DNA from: Lama glama
Lineage: Eukaryota
Reading direction: 5' to 3'
Length of the DNA: 64,000 bases
Assembly (NCBI GenBank): GCA_028534125.1
Contig: CM052816.1
Span: forward strand, 56,794,001-56,858,000
Both the position numbers and the translations under genes were made by a program. The notes beneath the pieces were generated by a model, which saw only the letters and a list, made by a program, of their open reading frames with translations, searched no databases and was not told the DNA's origin. Positions 23,621-36,440 of this stretch are shown here, piece after piece (position 1 is the stretch's first letter; every line of letters begins with the position of its first letter).

Positions 23621-26600
23621 CCTATTAGGCAAAGAAATAATCAGGTAAAAGAAGACAAACCCAAGAAGAGAAAGGCGGAAAAGACAGAACTTGAATAAAT
23701 CAACAAACAGAGAGGAAAAGCAAGCAGAAGGAAACTAAGCCTCACCAATCCTAAGGGCCTGGCTCGTGCCCCACTCCAGATGTCGGCCTCATCTGTCTCC
23801 ACACACACGTGGTCACACACACACACACACACCCTCTCATGATAAACCTGCAAAACAAAAGCTGCTGCAGCCACAGATGTGGGGAAGAGAAAGTGGGCAT
23901 GTGAGAATCACTACGAACTAAAAGCTAAGGTAGGATTACAGAAGATCTGGAGGGCACCTGTACAGCCTCGTGCCCACATCAAGGCCTGTATCGGAAAGAG
24001 CCCAGGCAAGGCCCCGTAACGTTCACTGGGGCCAAGGGAAGGGGGGCTGCACCAGGACACAGGGTTGGCCATTTCCCTGAGACACCCCATCACTTCTGGC
24101 TCACAGCCCGCCCCTTCCCCGGGCCTCGCCCACCCATCTTCTTCAACCATCAGCCTTTTAGCCTCTAAGCACTGATAGATTTAAAATCAATGTTTCATTA
24201 ATTTTTAAATAAAGTAATGCAAGGGCAGCTGCCAGCATTCAAACTCTATGAAAGCAGTCCATAAGAAAGCAAAATCTTAACTTTTTTTACTCAAATGTTA
24301 AGGGAATCTTTGGTTATGGTCACTTTCAAATTCCCTTTTAGTCTCCTGTGTGCAGCCAAAGCTGCCCCACGCACCCCAGCACATCTGAAGGGTTTCCAGA
24401 GGAGAAAAGCAAGGGATGGACACTGCCACCCAGAGGTAAATTTCAAAGCTTCCACGGTCTTGAATCCTTTGGGAAACACATTAGGGAGTTTGAAAATAGA
24501 AGCTTTCACTTACATTCTTTTCCTTGAAAATTCTGAGAGGGAGAAAATAACCAGAAATAACCCAAATAGAACCCTATCCTCTATTTCTCAGGTGTGAGAG
24601 TAAATATATAACTCTCTATTCCAGTCTCAGGGCCATCGGTACCCTATAAGAAGCTTCTTTTTGAAGACTTCAAGCTGCTTTTTCTCCTTTAGAATATCGT
24701 ACCTTAAACAGAATGTGCTTAAGCAGAGTTTACTGACTTCACTGAAAAATAAGTCCAAATGATGTGACAGGGGAAAAAAAGTCCTTTTATTAAGAGTTCA
24801 ATTCTTTATTAAACTCTTTACTGCCAGAAAACCTATTCCTTAAAAAATGAAAGCTAAAAAAAGGGATGGAAGATGGAGAAATCAGTTTTAGGTTAAGGGT
24901 TTTAAAACTTCACAAATGGCGCACATTTGTGTACGTGTGTATGGCTAAGTACTGTGAAACCACTGTACCCCCATTTAGCATGGGATCTGTCTTTAAGAAC
25001 ACGCTCTCTAAACCATTAGCAGTCATCCAGCGGGTTACCTTAGCAACTGAAGGAATATAACACCAGCTTTAAATGTCAGAAGAGGGCTTGGTGATGTCTG
25101 CCTCAACAGATACCATCAGAAGTGCACACTGAGTGTGTACACAACTGCTTAAAAATGTCAAGGTTTCCAAGAAAAACATAAAACCAGAATTAGCTGATAC
25201 TCATAATGCATTAATTTAAAAATCCCTTCAAATTTTTTAAAAAAAAAGCCTTAAAACTTGTATTTTGTAACAGATCTGTCCCTTATGGGTTTCCTATCCA
25301 CTGGTAGGACTTCAGCTGATGTTATTTCAAACTTTCTGTCCAGTACAAAGCTTTGGGGCAGAAAGACAAAGCTGACATTTCACATAGTCCGTGGGATGGC
25401 AAGAAAGCCTTCAAACTCAGTGTACCACCCCCTGGCTCATCAGACCTGGCGCACAGGTGGGGGCCAACCAACAGGGCCTTGCTCCTGAGCCTCGCTCTGT
25501 TTCCTCTGCATTTATTTCTACAGCTGGCAAATTGCATTCAAGGATAAAAAACACCGGCCAAGGAGCGTTTCAGGTGTTAAACAAACCTTGCTTCATACTG
25601 GTTACAGATCTCTTTCCTCTATTCAAGGAAAGATAAGCAGATACTCTCCTCCATCAAACACTGCTGGCCCACACAGACCCTTCTCTCATTGCCTAGAAAG
25701 GTGATGTTTCTGGGCCTATGCCTTGAAGCAAGAAGTAGAGGTCACAGAAAAACTGGCAATGCCACTGAATCTTTGATAATAAGCTGTTAATTCTCACTTA
25801 ATGGCTTTTTCTGCAGATAAGAAATATTATGATTGCTCTTTAAACTCCTTAAGGGAACACTAAACAATTAAGACACCTCTTAAGAGTCACTGGATAACCC
25901 CCAGTCTTGTAAACTTTCTTCCTAAGTCCTTTTGGTCACCTGCATTTCTTTTCCTTTTTCCCCACTAGTTGTAAAATACAGAAAATCAGTCTCCTTCAAT
26001 GGGAATTTATAAAGACCCCTTTAATAAAGCAGAGCATCATGCTAACCACCCTTTTTCTTAGCAGCAGCAGTACCTATCTATTAAATTTGTGGTCCTTGAG
26101 GTTTCTGCTTCTCCTTTAGGTCACTATTCATTACATTGTGACTTGCTTTTACACAGATGCCACTTGGACTTGCCCTTACAATATGTATTCTGCAACTAAC
26201 GCACCATTTCGCTAATTTCTGGATTCAAAGTTAATGTTATGGTTGCTATGACTCCATTGCTGTACTTGCAAGGAAAGGAGCATACTCTCGATCTGATCTT
26301 TGGAATTAATAATTAAAATCATAAATTCTCTAAGCCAGTCAGTGGGTCCTACCCATTCCACCCATTGGTCCCCTTTGGGGACAGCTCTCCAACCAACCAT
26401 ACATCTACAGAATGAGAAGCTGGCTCCCTAAACACACTGGCCGTGTTTACACCTAAGACAGCCCTGCAGAAAAGTTTCAAAACCTCAGTTGGCTGACCCT
26501 ACAAACTTCTTTCACTTATAGAATCAACTCTAAAGGCAGGAATAAAGTCTAACTCCTTAAACTTGGTAAAGCAATCAAACAGATAACATTTTCTTCACTT

Positions 26601-26652
26601 TATTAAAAATATTAATATATTTGCTCTACAGATTCAATTTGTGATGTCACCT

Positions 26653-26824
26653 TTCTTAAATGTTCTCACCACAAGAAAACAAATGGTAGTTACGTGATGG
26701 GAAGAAGGTGTTAATGCTATGGTGGTAATCATATGCAGTATATAAATGTATCAAATCAACACATTGCACACCTTAAACATACACAATGATTTATGTCAAT
26801 TATACCTCAATAAAGCTGGAAAAA
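26653..26824 (+). mobile_element. L1MA9/10-like 3' end
   Basis: cttaaatgttctcaccac...gtatcaaatcaacacattgcacaccttaaac...tgtcaattatacctcaataaagctggaaaaa. Confidence 0.8.
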
Positions 26825-28274
26825 CCCAGGTTGTCCTGCCTTTAAAACTGGTATAATGAAGAGGGTCTATCTCTTCCACAACAAAGAACTTCCACCTATA
26901 AGGAGACTTTAAACATACGAAGTGCTTCTACCTAGAGAACTGCAAAAAAGGCCACATTCATTTTTCACTACAGAAATTTACTTCAGCAGAAAATGTGCTG
27001 AATCTGCACATTCTTGCTACATATTGGTTTGTAAGTGTAAATATAAGCTGTGAGAGAGAGTTCATACGACTTTTTTTTTTTAAGTAAATGTGCTTTTTTC
27101 CCTTAAATCAGAAAGCATAACCAGGACAAGCTCTACCTAATTCCATAGGATGGGTAGGAGTTACTATGTTCCCCTGGGCAGCACCATCACTCCTCTGAGA
27201 TGGCATCTGTAGTCCCTGTGGACCCTTTACCCACATGGCAGCCTCCGCACTGGTGATGGGAAGTCTGGTGCTTGCCAGCCATGTCAGGCTTCTGGACACA
27301 CATGTGAAAGGAAGTAATCTGACTGAGCAGGAAGGGAAGACTTTAATTCAAGTTATCTGAGCACCAACAGAATAAAACATAATATCTGATGCTAGTTAAC
27401 CCAATTGTCAAAATTATGCCAATCTCTGAGAAAAGATTTCTGTCCAGAAAACAAACAAGCAAAAAATCCAAAGCAAAAGATAAATTAATCGTGTGATTTT
27501 ATTGGACATAATATTACTACTCAAAGTTTTACTGTAAATGTGAGGTCCCGAGGCCTTGCAAAAACTTTTATCATAAAAGCTATTTCACAGAAAGAATGGG
27601 TTTAATTTTATGAAATAGAAATCCAATTTTATTTATAGCACAAAATTAAATAAACAGGATATTTCCTTCCCTAGGACAATAACTGAGTTGCACTGTGAGT
27701 AATGATGTGAGTAACATGCAGGGCCAAAGAAAGGCTCTGCTTTTCTTTACAACACACAGTACTCTGCTCAGACTCTGGCCCCTTCTACAGGCTCTCAGGC
27801 CCTGTTGATAACTCTCAGTAATCGAAAAGAAAGAAAAATTAGGGATATATTATAAAATGCACAGAAATACAATAATGCTTCACAAGAAGGCTTCCATCAG
27901 AATCTTTCACAACAAAATCATTACAGAAATCAATTAATACTCATTTCATAGCATCCTTTGTACCCACAAAGAAGTATGAACAAAGAATTTTAAGTAAATG
28001 TGAATAGTATGGTTTTAAATAGTTTTGGGATAGGTCTTAGGAGAAATAATTACTAGGGGGAAAAAAACTGTTTTCCACTTACAATGCTATTACCATTAAC
28101 ACATGATAAACTCCAGTGGGCCACATGCCACAGTTCATTTGTTACCTTGCTATTATAATTTATCTGCCTCAAAGACAAGCGACACTAAATAAAACATATA
28201 TGCTAGAAGAAGATGCACTGAGCACATAAGAGATTCTAAAGTGCTTAGATTAAAACTACAAAATTGAAGGGAAA

Positions 28275-29685
28275 AAACCAAGATTGTGACATAGGAGACT
28301 CCTGAATGTCCCTCCTCCCATGGAAGTACCAAATGTCCAGCTACACACAGAGCAATTCCCACTGAGAGCACTCCAGTAACTAGCTGAGTGACTCCTACAT
28401 ATAAGGTGAATGAGAAAATACCCGCCTTGAAATAGGTAGGAAAGGCTGAGACACACTCTGACCATAAACCCCACTCCCAGCACAGCATCATACAATCAAG
28501 AGGGGTGAAGGAGTGAAGGAGTTTCATTGTACACAGAGTATCCCAACTTTTAAGAGTCTCACCTGAGAGATGGGCTCACAAAACACCCAGCTCTGAAAGT
28601 CAACAGGACTTGCAACCATGAGCCCCATAGGACTTTGGCAAATAAAGAAGCAGTTCTTGATGGGCACACAAGCATGCACCATGGCTACCTCCCGAGGGCT
28701 CAGTGTAGAGGGAGCAGGCAGAAAGCCCTCTCCCAGTCTTTCCCTGGAAGAGATTTGATTGTTTACTTCATCAGCTGCTGCCTTGCGGGGCTGGCTTCTA
28801 ACTAGCATGCAGCTAGGGGCTGGCTGTGACTCTCTAAGGAAGTCAGTTGGCAATTTTCCCACTTCCTTGGTCCAGCTCACTCCAACAATAAAGGCCAGGT
28901 CACGAGCCTCTCTCTAGAAGGAGCAGCTTTTATGGCTGCCACTGGTCCCCAGATCACCTGGCTTTGATAGCCAAAGGGGCGTGCATGCACAAGTCTCACA
29001 GGACCACTGTGGATGAAGAAGCAGCTGTTGACGTGTTTGCACAAAGCACTCACTGCAATCCCCTCCAAGATTCTGCACAGAGGGAGCAAGCAAAAAACAC
29101 CATCTCCCAGTCTTTCCCTAGAAGAGATCGGATTGCATACTTTTCCATCTTATGTCTTTTAATCAGTCTGCATCTGGGTGCTGGCTGAGATCCTCCCCTT
29201 TAGAACATGGATGGGTCTTGGCACACACTCAACTACTGGGAGCCACTAAGAGCAAAGACAGCAACTTGAACTATCACAAAGGTTTAAGAGGCAACTAGGA
29301 GCTCAGGCTGGGCTGATTGATAAGGTTCGTCTATACGAGACTGGGAGAGATGTCTGTTTTATCTGATGCACAGAAAACAACACAGGAAGTCAGGGAAATG
29401 AAGAAACAGAAGAATAACTTCCAAACCAAAGAACAAGATACATCTCCAGAAACTGATCTTAATGGAGATAAGTGACTTATCTGATAGGGGCTTCAAAGTA
29501 GCATAAAGATGCTCACTGAGGTCAGGACAGCAATGCATGAACAAAGTGAGAATTTCAAAAAAGAGACAGAAAATGTTTTAAAAGTACCAAATAGAAATCA
29601 ATATTCAATAGAAGGGTTCAATGACAAACTAGGTCAAGTAGCAGAAAAAAATCAGTGAACTAGAAGACAGGAAGTGGAATTTATC
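28275..29685 (+). mobile_element. LINE-1 5' UTR and start of ORF1 (decayed)
   Basis: Opens with a decayed caagatggcg-type start; contains repeated 5' UTR units; ORF1-like gaaataagtgacttatctgatagg...ttcaaa...gaacaaagtgagaatttcaa...atcagtgaactagaagaca. Confidence 0.8.
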
Positions 29686-30075
29686 AGCAACAATAACTAA
29701 GCATACACTCCCAGCAGGAAACTGCATGTATATGCTATTGTCGGTGCAAAGGTTGAAGATTAGGAAATATTAACTTACTTCTAAATTTTGGGATGAAAAA
29801 TAAACATAGCATATGGATAACATAAATCCCAGTGTGGAGGCTCTTCGTTCACATGCAGTTATGAAGTTTTATAACTTCCAACAATTTGTTGTTTTGCAGA
29901 GGCACAGACTGAACCACTGCAGACTTCAAGCTGCTATGCTGAGGAAAAGGGCCCTGTCACTGACTTGCACCTGCCGCTCCACGAGCCTTTGAGGCTCTTT
30001 ACTTATGGCCTTGAGTATGGTGACTAGTAAGAAATTATGAAAGCTTTATGTCTTCATCAAAATGAGTCTGCCTTC

Positions 30076-30797
30076 AACATTCTTTGACATAAATTGCAGC
30101 AATATCTTTTTTTAATCTGTCCCCTAAGGTAATGGGAATAAAAACAAAAATAAACAAATGGGACCTAATTAAACTTAACAGCTTTTGCACCACAAAAGAA
30201 ACCATAAACAAGATGAAAAGACAATCTATGGAATGGGAGAAAATATTTGCAAACAATGTGACATATGACAAGGGCTTAACTTTCAGTATTATAAAAACAG
30301 CTCATACAGCTCAATATCACAAAAACAAACAACCCAATCACAAAATGGGCAGAAGATGTAAACAGAAATTTCTCCAAAGAAGACATACAAATGGCCAACA
30401 GGTACATAAAAAGCTGCTCAACATCTCTATTTATTAGAGAAATGTAAATCAAAACTACAAGGAGGTGTCACCTCACACCAATCGGAATGGTCATCATCAA
30501 AAAGTCTACAAATAATAAATGCTGGAGAGGGTGTGGAGAAAAAGAAACCCTCCTACACTGTTGTTGGGAATGTAAATTGGTGCAGCCACTATGGAGATCA
30601 GTCTGGGGATCCCTTAAAAAACTAAAAATAGGGTTACCATATGATCCAGCAATTCCACTGCTGGGTGTATATCTGGAGAAAACTCTAACTTGAAAAGATA
30701 CATGCACCCCAATGTTCACAGCAGCATTATTTACAATAGCCAACACATGGAAGCAACCTAAATGTCCATCGACAGATGACTGGAATAAAAAAGATCT

Positions 30798-30853
<56 letters not shown>

Positions 30854-31316
30854 CAATGGAATATTACTCAGCCATGAAAAGAAATAACACCATCTGCAGC
30901 ACAATGGATGGACCTAGAGATCATCATATCAAGTGAAGTAAGTCAGACAGAGAAAGACAAATATCATATGATATTGCTTATATGCAGAATCTAAAAAAAA
31001 GATACAAATGAATTTATTCATGAAACAGAAACAGACTCAAAGACACAGAAAACAAACTTATGGTTACTAAAGGGGGAAGGGGGGAGGGATAAATTAGTAG
31101 TATGTGATTAACATATACACACTACCATACATAAAATAGATAAAAAACAAAGGTTTATTATATAGCACAGGGAACTATATTCAACATCTTGTAATAAGCT
31201 ATAATGGAAAAGAATCTGAAAAAGAATATATTTATATACATATGTATAACTGAGTCACTTTGCTGTGCACCTGGAACTAACATAACACTGTAAATCAACT
31301 GTACTTCAATTTAAAA
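30076..31316 (+). mobile_element. 5'-truncated LINE-1 (ORF2 3' part and 3' UTR) with TSD
   Basis: Broken ORF2 frames KINKWDLIKLNSFCT and [29 protein letters not shown] aatgagtctgccttc / aataagtgtgccttc (2 mismatches); internal (CA)n at about 30805-30847. Confidence 0.95.
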
Positions 31317-31416
31317 AATAAGTGTGCCTTCTAAAATATAAAATACTCTCCAACATTATTGACAGAATTTGTTTTAAAAGCCAGGAGGCTTAAGTGAATC
31401 AAGTTCCTTATCCAGA

Positions 31417-31420
<4 letters not shown>

Positions 31421-31476
<56 letters not shown>
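31421..31476. repeat. (AT)n microsatellite
   Basis: About 28 uninterrupted AT units, followed by degenerate TA/CA repeats to about 31585. Confidence 0.95.
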
Positions 31477-31478
<2 letters not shown>

Positions 31479-32811
31479 GCACACACACACATATATATGT
31501 GCATTTATATGTACATACATATGAATGAACATATGTACTACATGTGTGAATACACAAATGAATATATGTATGTATATACATATGAACAAAGTTTCTTAGC
31601 CAGAAAACATTCTCCCTCCTATATATGGGAGAATTACAAGAGTGATATCTAGGATATGCAACTCCTTAAAGATCTCAGGATACACGCCTCATTCATTCAA
31701 ATACTTCTTGAGCACACACTATGTGGCAAGCCCTTGGCTAGGTTCTTGGGGGTGATGGTGAGCAGAACAGACACCACCCATTCCCTCAGGAAGCCCACCC
31801 TTCACTCACGCCAATCAGCTACCCCACAGCTAAGCACAGCACATGGGAGTCGGGCATAGCTCAGTGCTGAACTAGGCTTGTGACTTCCAAGGTCTTAAGA
31901 AATAAGAAGCATCCTTAAGTGCCCAGGAGAGTTTTAGTATAACCCTGATTAAAGGAAAGAAATGGAGATCCCCTCTCATGACGAGTGCATTTAATCTTAT
32001 CCATGATCGAATTTAAACCAATCTGTAACCAGAATTTATCAGGAAGCAGAAACTCCTAAAAATAGCACCATCTAACCACAAAACTGAAGTCAAGACAAAC
32101 AAACAAACAAACAAACCCAGAAATAGTATATGCTTGTGTTCAATAAAATGCACAGCACCGTTTCTATCTTCAGTGAAATTGTTATTTGTAATCACCATAA
32201 GTAGCATCTATTGAGCAGCGTAGTTTTGTGCACAGTATGAGTTTACATACATCTATATCTCTGCTCATACACAGATACCAAATGGTTTTAGGAGTCTAAT
32301 TAACGATACTAAGAGTCTATTTAGTAAACAAGGGGCATCCAGATGTAATTTCGAAAGTTAGTGTAATGCAGTAATATGAATGCTCTCGGTAACTGACATT
32401 TTCAAAGATGTCAGTGTATTCATTACATTTCCCGCATAGCCACATTTCTTCTCAGTGGTCCACGGAGTTGACTGCATGCTCTTCCTTGCTTGATGACTCT
32501 ACCTGTTTGGAAACAGGGGACCAATATCCCCTTCTTACAACAAGAAAGCACGCCACGGGAAGTGGAGCCACAGCCCAAAGCAGTTGGCCACAAAGGAAAA
32601 ATCCTTCCCTCCTTGAGGCAAAGCTCTTCACCTCCTGGAACAGAGCGGCGTCGACCAGCACAGAGATGAGCGGCTCAGGACCTCAGGGAACCCAGCCTGA
32701 GCAGTGCAAGGCTTGGGCAAAAAGTAGGCAGGAAAACCCACCCAGGGAAACAGGCAACAAATTGTAAAGCACACAGAGAGCAGACACCTGAATTTTCTGG
32801 TAAGGACCCAC

Positions 32812-33105
32812 CTTCAACTGAAGAATTTCCCAAGACAGTCCACCCAGGAGGCAACTCCAGATGGGTCAGAGCCAGCACCAGCTCCTCGTCCAGAGCAGGC
32901 AATGCTCCCACCGTCAGGGCAAACGGGGTCAGCAAGGTCTGGTGGCTACTGGCTGTGAGGCGATGGGCTTGGGTGACCAGCAAACGAGCCAGCCTGCAGG
33001 CCATGTTGTCCACGTAGGTCACGCAGTCGGAGCCCATGGTCACTGGGGAGTAACCTTCTGAGCAGAGGCACACAGACACCGTCACCGTCTCCTGAAGCCC
33101 GTGGC
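32812..33105 (-). CDS. ARHGEF28: ARHGEF28 coding exon (about exon 4), 294 nt, phase 1 to 1
   Basis: ttgtccag|GCCACGGG...GTTGAAG|gtgggt; encodes (G)HGLQETVTVSVCLCSEGYSPVTMGSDCVTYVDNMACRLARLLVTQ...LTHLELPPGWTVLGNSSVE, inside ORF 32675..33133. Confidence 0.96.
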
Positions 33106-35541
33106 CTGGACAACAAGACAGTGAGCTGTTCACCCAGAGTCTGCAGAAGATGCTCTCCCAGTGTCCAGAGTGTTAGCCCAAGCAAACCACATGCTCCCGG
33201 CGAGTAAGACAGAAAGAAAATGCGGCCAATTATCTTGAAATGCTGCCAAGCCTGTGGGTCCAAATGAAAGCAGACCCCAGCTTCTTCCAGTGACTCCTGA
33301 GTTTCACACTACCTGTTATGAGCCCTGAGCATCTTGGTGCCTACTATCCTGTCATTACCACTGTTATTTGGCTTAACTTCACCTTGTACTTCAACCCCAA
33401 CCCTCACATTCACGTTTGTTGTCTTAAAGGCTACTGCCCTTTCCTGCTCTGCATTCCCTTCTGAGTCATATATTTTTATGTATTTATTTAGGTGCTAGTT
33501 TTATAAGATGGCACCAAAGTTACACAAGTTTACCCTAACTCCACAGAATTCTTCCAAATGTGACTGGAGTGGGTAAACACTACTCAACAGAAACATCACA
33601 TATGTTGTTCATTGCCCGCCTCCCCACTTGTGAGAACGGCTTCTCTGTCTTATAGGTGTTCTTGGTACTTCTGCTCGTGGGTGGCCACCTAATCCTGCTA
33701 CCTGTCCCTCCTCCTTACACTCTTCTTTCATTTTGCCAAGGTTGGTGGACTTCTAACCAGGTACATTTTTCTGTTGTCCTTGGCAGAATTTCCAGGAATT
33801 ACTACCACCAAACCTCTGTGATTATGATAATCCGAGCTGGACAGAAGAAGGGTTAACATTCACCCACCACTGGCCCCCAGACAAACAGCTAATAGGTACA
33901 AATCGCCCTTACTCTGCCTTATTCTCCAAAGGCTATGCTGCAAGGCTTCAAGGAACAAGAGCATCCCACGTTTGCTAAGCAAGAGCTACTGCCATTTTCA
34001 CATCGTCGCCTCTTTAAAGCGGTCTAACGGTACAGACGCAGAATGCAGCCCCCACCTGCAGACTAGACACGTCCAGTATCTCCTCAGAAATCTGTTGTAC
34101 GTACTCTGGAAAGGTTGCCGTGGCAAAGTTGTAACCAGGGGAAATTTATGATCCAGAATTAGGGACTGTCCCTTGTCTACAGGGAAGTTGTTAAAATCAA
34201 AGAACCCTCTCTTCTAAGCAAACTACAATATAATCAAAAAGATTTTCTTTGACACATGAGGAGTGGGAAGGAAGTATTCCCCTACATGCAAGTAAAGAAA
34301 AAGACAAAACAGATGTTTTGATGTTAGGAGTGGCACTTTAGTTAGTATTTTTATTCTTTCTCTATAAGAGGCTTGATAAAAGAGAGAAAACCAAGAAGCA
34401 GCCAAGGTAAATGCAACAAAAACTATCAACATAAACGCCAAAGCACAAGGCCAGGGCCAAGGAGACTGGCAGCCGGTATAACTCCATGCCATTAACGTGG
34501 TTTGACTTTGTTTTTCTTACAAGAATGGGAGTTACTGGGTCTGAGAGAGAACTGCTTAAAATCGTCCAAAGTCCCAGAAATTGCACAGTAGACTGACTCA
34601 GTGTCCAAACCCAGGTAGGTCTGAAAGGTCTTTGTTATCGTTACAGTTCTCACTACGTCTGTGTTTGCAGGTTTACTGTCTTCCTTCTCCCCTGCATTCA
34701 ACAGATATACTACAGATGCACTTCGAAACATTTTTCTTTTAAAAATGAGGCCAGTCTTACCTATTTAAAAAATTCCCTGTATATTTTAAGAGGTCTTGAA
34801 AGACCCACAAGTTAAAGAAAACTGACCAATCAACAAACAAGAAGAACAAAAACCCTCCTTTCCTGCAGGTTATGACATCTTGATTATACCTTCAGGCTAG
34901 AGTTCGATGTCTCAGATGTACAGCCCACATGCCAACGAAAATACAAAACAACCGCATCCGAGAAGGGCTCATGATAACATATTAATTTGTCACTTGTCCC
35001 TGTGGTACTTGAAGATATCAGGGAGAATTACAGGTTTTGGAATGTGAACATTTTATGGTGGGAAGAGAAAGTTCTGAAGCCTGAGATCCAGTAAGAAAGC
35101 ATCTGGATGAACAGGGTGCCGAGGAAGGAACTCCAGCCACCAAAGGGAGCAAAGCAGAGAGAGGTTGCTAGACTGACCCATGGAGAATGAGGAAGAGAGA
35201 GTGAACTGTCAGATATCTCAGATCTGCCTCAACCATCCCAGGCAACAGCCCTGGGACCACAGAGGGTGATACTGAGACAGAGCATCTCCTCCACCGGACT
35301 GCATCCAAGGCACACCCAACCTGGAGAGTTAGGTCTATGTTGTGGCTGCTCAGGGGGCTGCAGACACGCCTGGAAGAGCCTCAGACGTGGGATAATCCAG
35401 TGCGAGTGCCCTTCCTTACACACATACACACACGCACGCTCTCGCACACACATACACACTCACTCATACCCCTCCCACCTTGGAGCGCTGTGAAGATGCC
35501 AAAAGACATTTCCCAATTGCTCAATCAAGAGGACACCTCAC

Positions 35542-35689
35542 CTGGAACACTGGATTGCAGAACATTATCCTCTGTGCGCTCCGCAATCACGACGTGTCTC
35601 TGACGAGATCCGTTATAAATAAAGTAAAACTCGGCATCTTTAGGAAGATAAACGTTTTTGCCAAACTTCGCATAGACCGTCATCTGCCC
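35542..35689 (-). CDS. ARHGEF28: ARHGEF28 coding exon (about exon 3), 148 nt, phase 0 to 1
   Basis: Minus strand ttttttccag|GGGCAGATG...GTTCCAG|gtgagg translates GQMTVYAKFGKNVYLPKDAEFYFIYNGSRQRHVVIAERTEDNVLQSSVP-G, matching the recalled human ARHGEF28 N-terminus. Not in the ORF track. Confidence 0.95.
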
Positions 35690-36364
35690 CTGGAAAAAAA
35701 TGAGTAAGTCAGGGCATCGTCATACTTACTTGTCCTGGCCCTAAGAAACCACAATAAAAAGGGCCCTGGTCCAAAACTGGGCCCTTTGTTATGCTCACGT
35801 CACGTGGGCGAGCTCAAATTCCAGGAACCCTCCTCCCAGCAACAATGTTTTGAACAACAGGGAGATGATTTCTGATATATTTAAGTATGGGTACCAGAGC
35901 TGGTTTGTTCTGTTTTTAAACTTGAAGAAGCTCAGTGCATATGGAAGAATTTCATTTACTAGATGTGTAAATACGATACTTTGTTGGCTTTTACCTTGTT
36001 TGAATTCCTACCTGATGGACATCATTGCCTATATTTATTTTTTCCTGTACCTGAGACACCACTATAGTATAAAACTTCAAAATAATTATTCTTAGCTATG
36101 GCCTGACTCTGTACTGGATCACAGGGGGTTGTAAGAATTTGAAATATTCACAAACATTGCCAAACAAATAGCACCATGCGATCCAACACTTGCGGTGCCT
36201 TTCCCGCTGCTGTTTGTCTTCTCTGAGAGGTTTCCAAGTCCTCTGTCTCATTCAGCCTGACCTCACGCTTTCTCTTGAAAGCTTCTGGTTGGCACAAAGC
36301 CCAGCTAAGTATCCTGGTCCCAAGGAGAGGAGCTGCCACCCTGGGTCACTGGGGCACACTCTGA

Positions 36365-36440
36365 GGAAGGAAGGAAGGAAGGAAGGAAGGAAGGAAGGAA
36401 GGAAGGAAGGAAGGAAGGAAGGAAGGAAGCAGGCAGGCAG
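36365..36440. repeat. (GGAA)n then (GGCA)n microsatellite
   Basis: About 16 GGAA units followed by a few GGCA units. Confidence 0.95.

Noticed and set aside
28275..31316. A single internally deleted full-length L1
   Set aside because: The 3' piece has its own TSD and is separated from the 5' piece by about 390 bp of non-L1 sequence.
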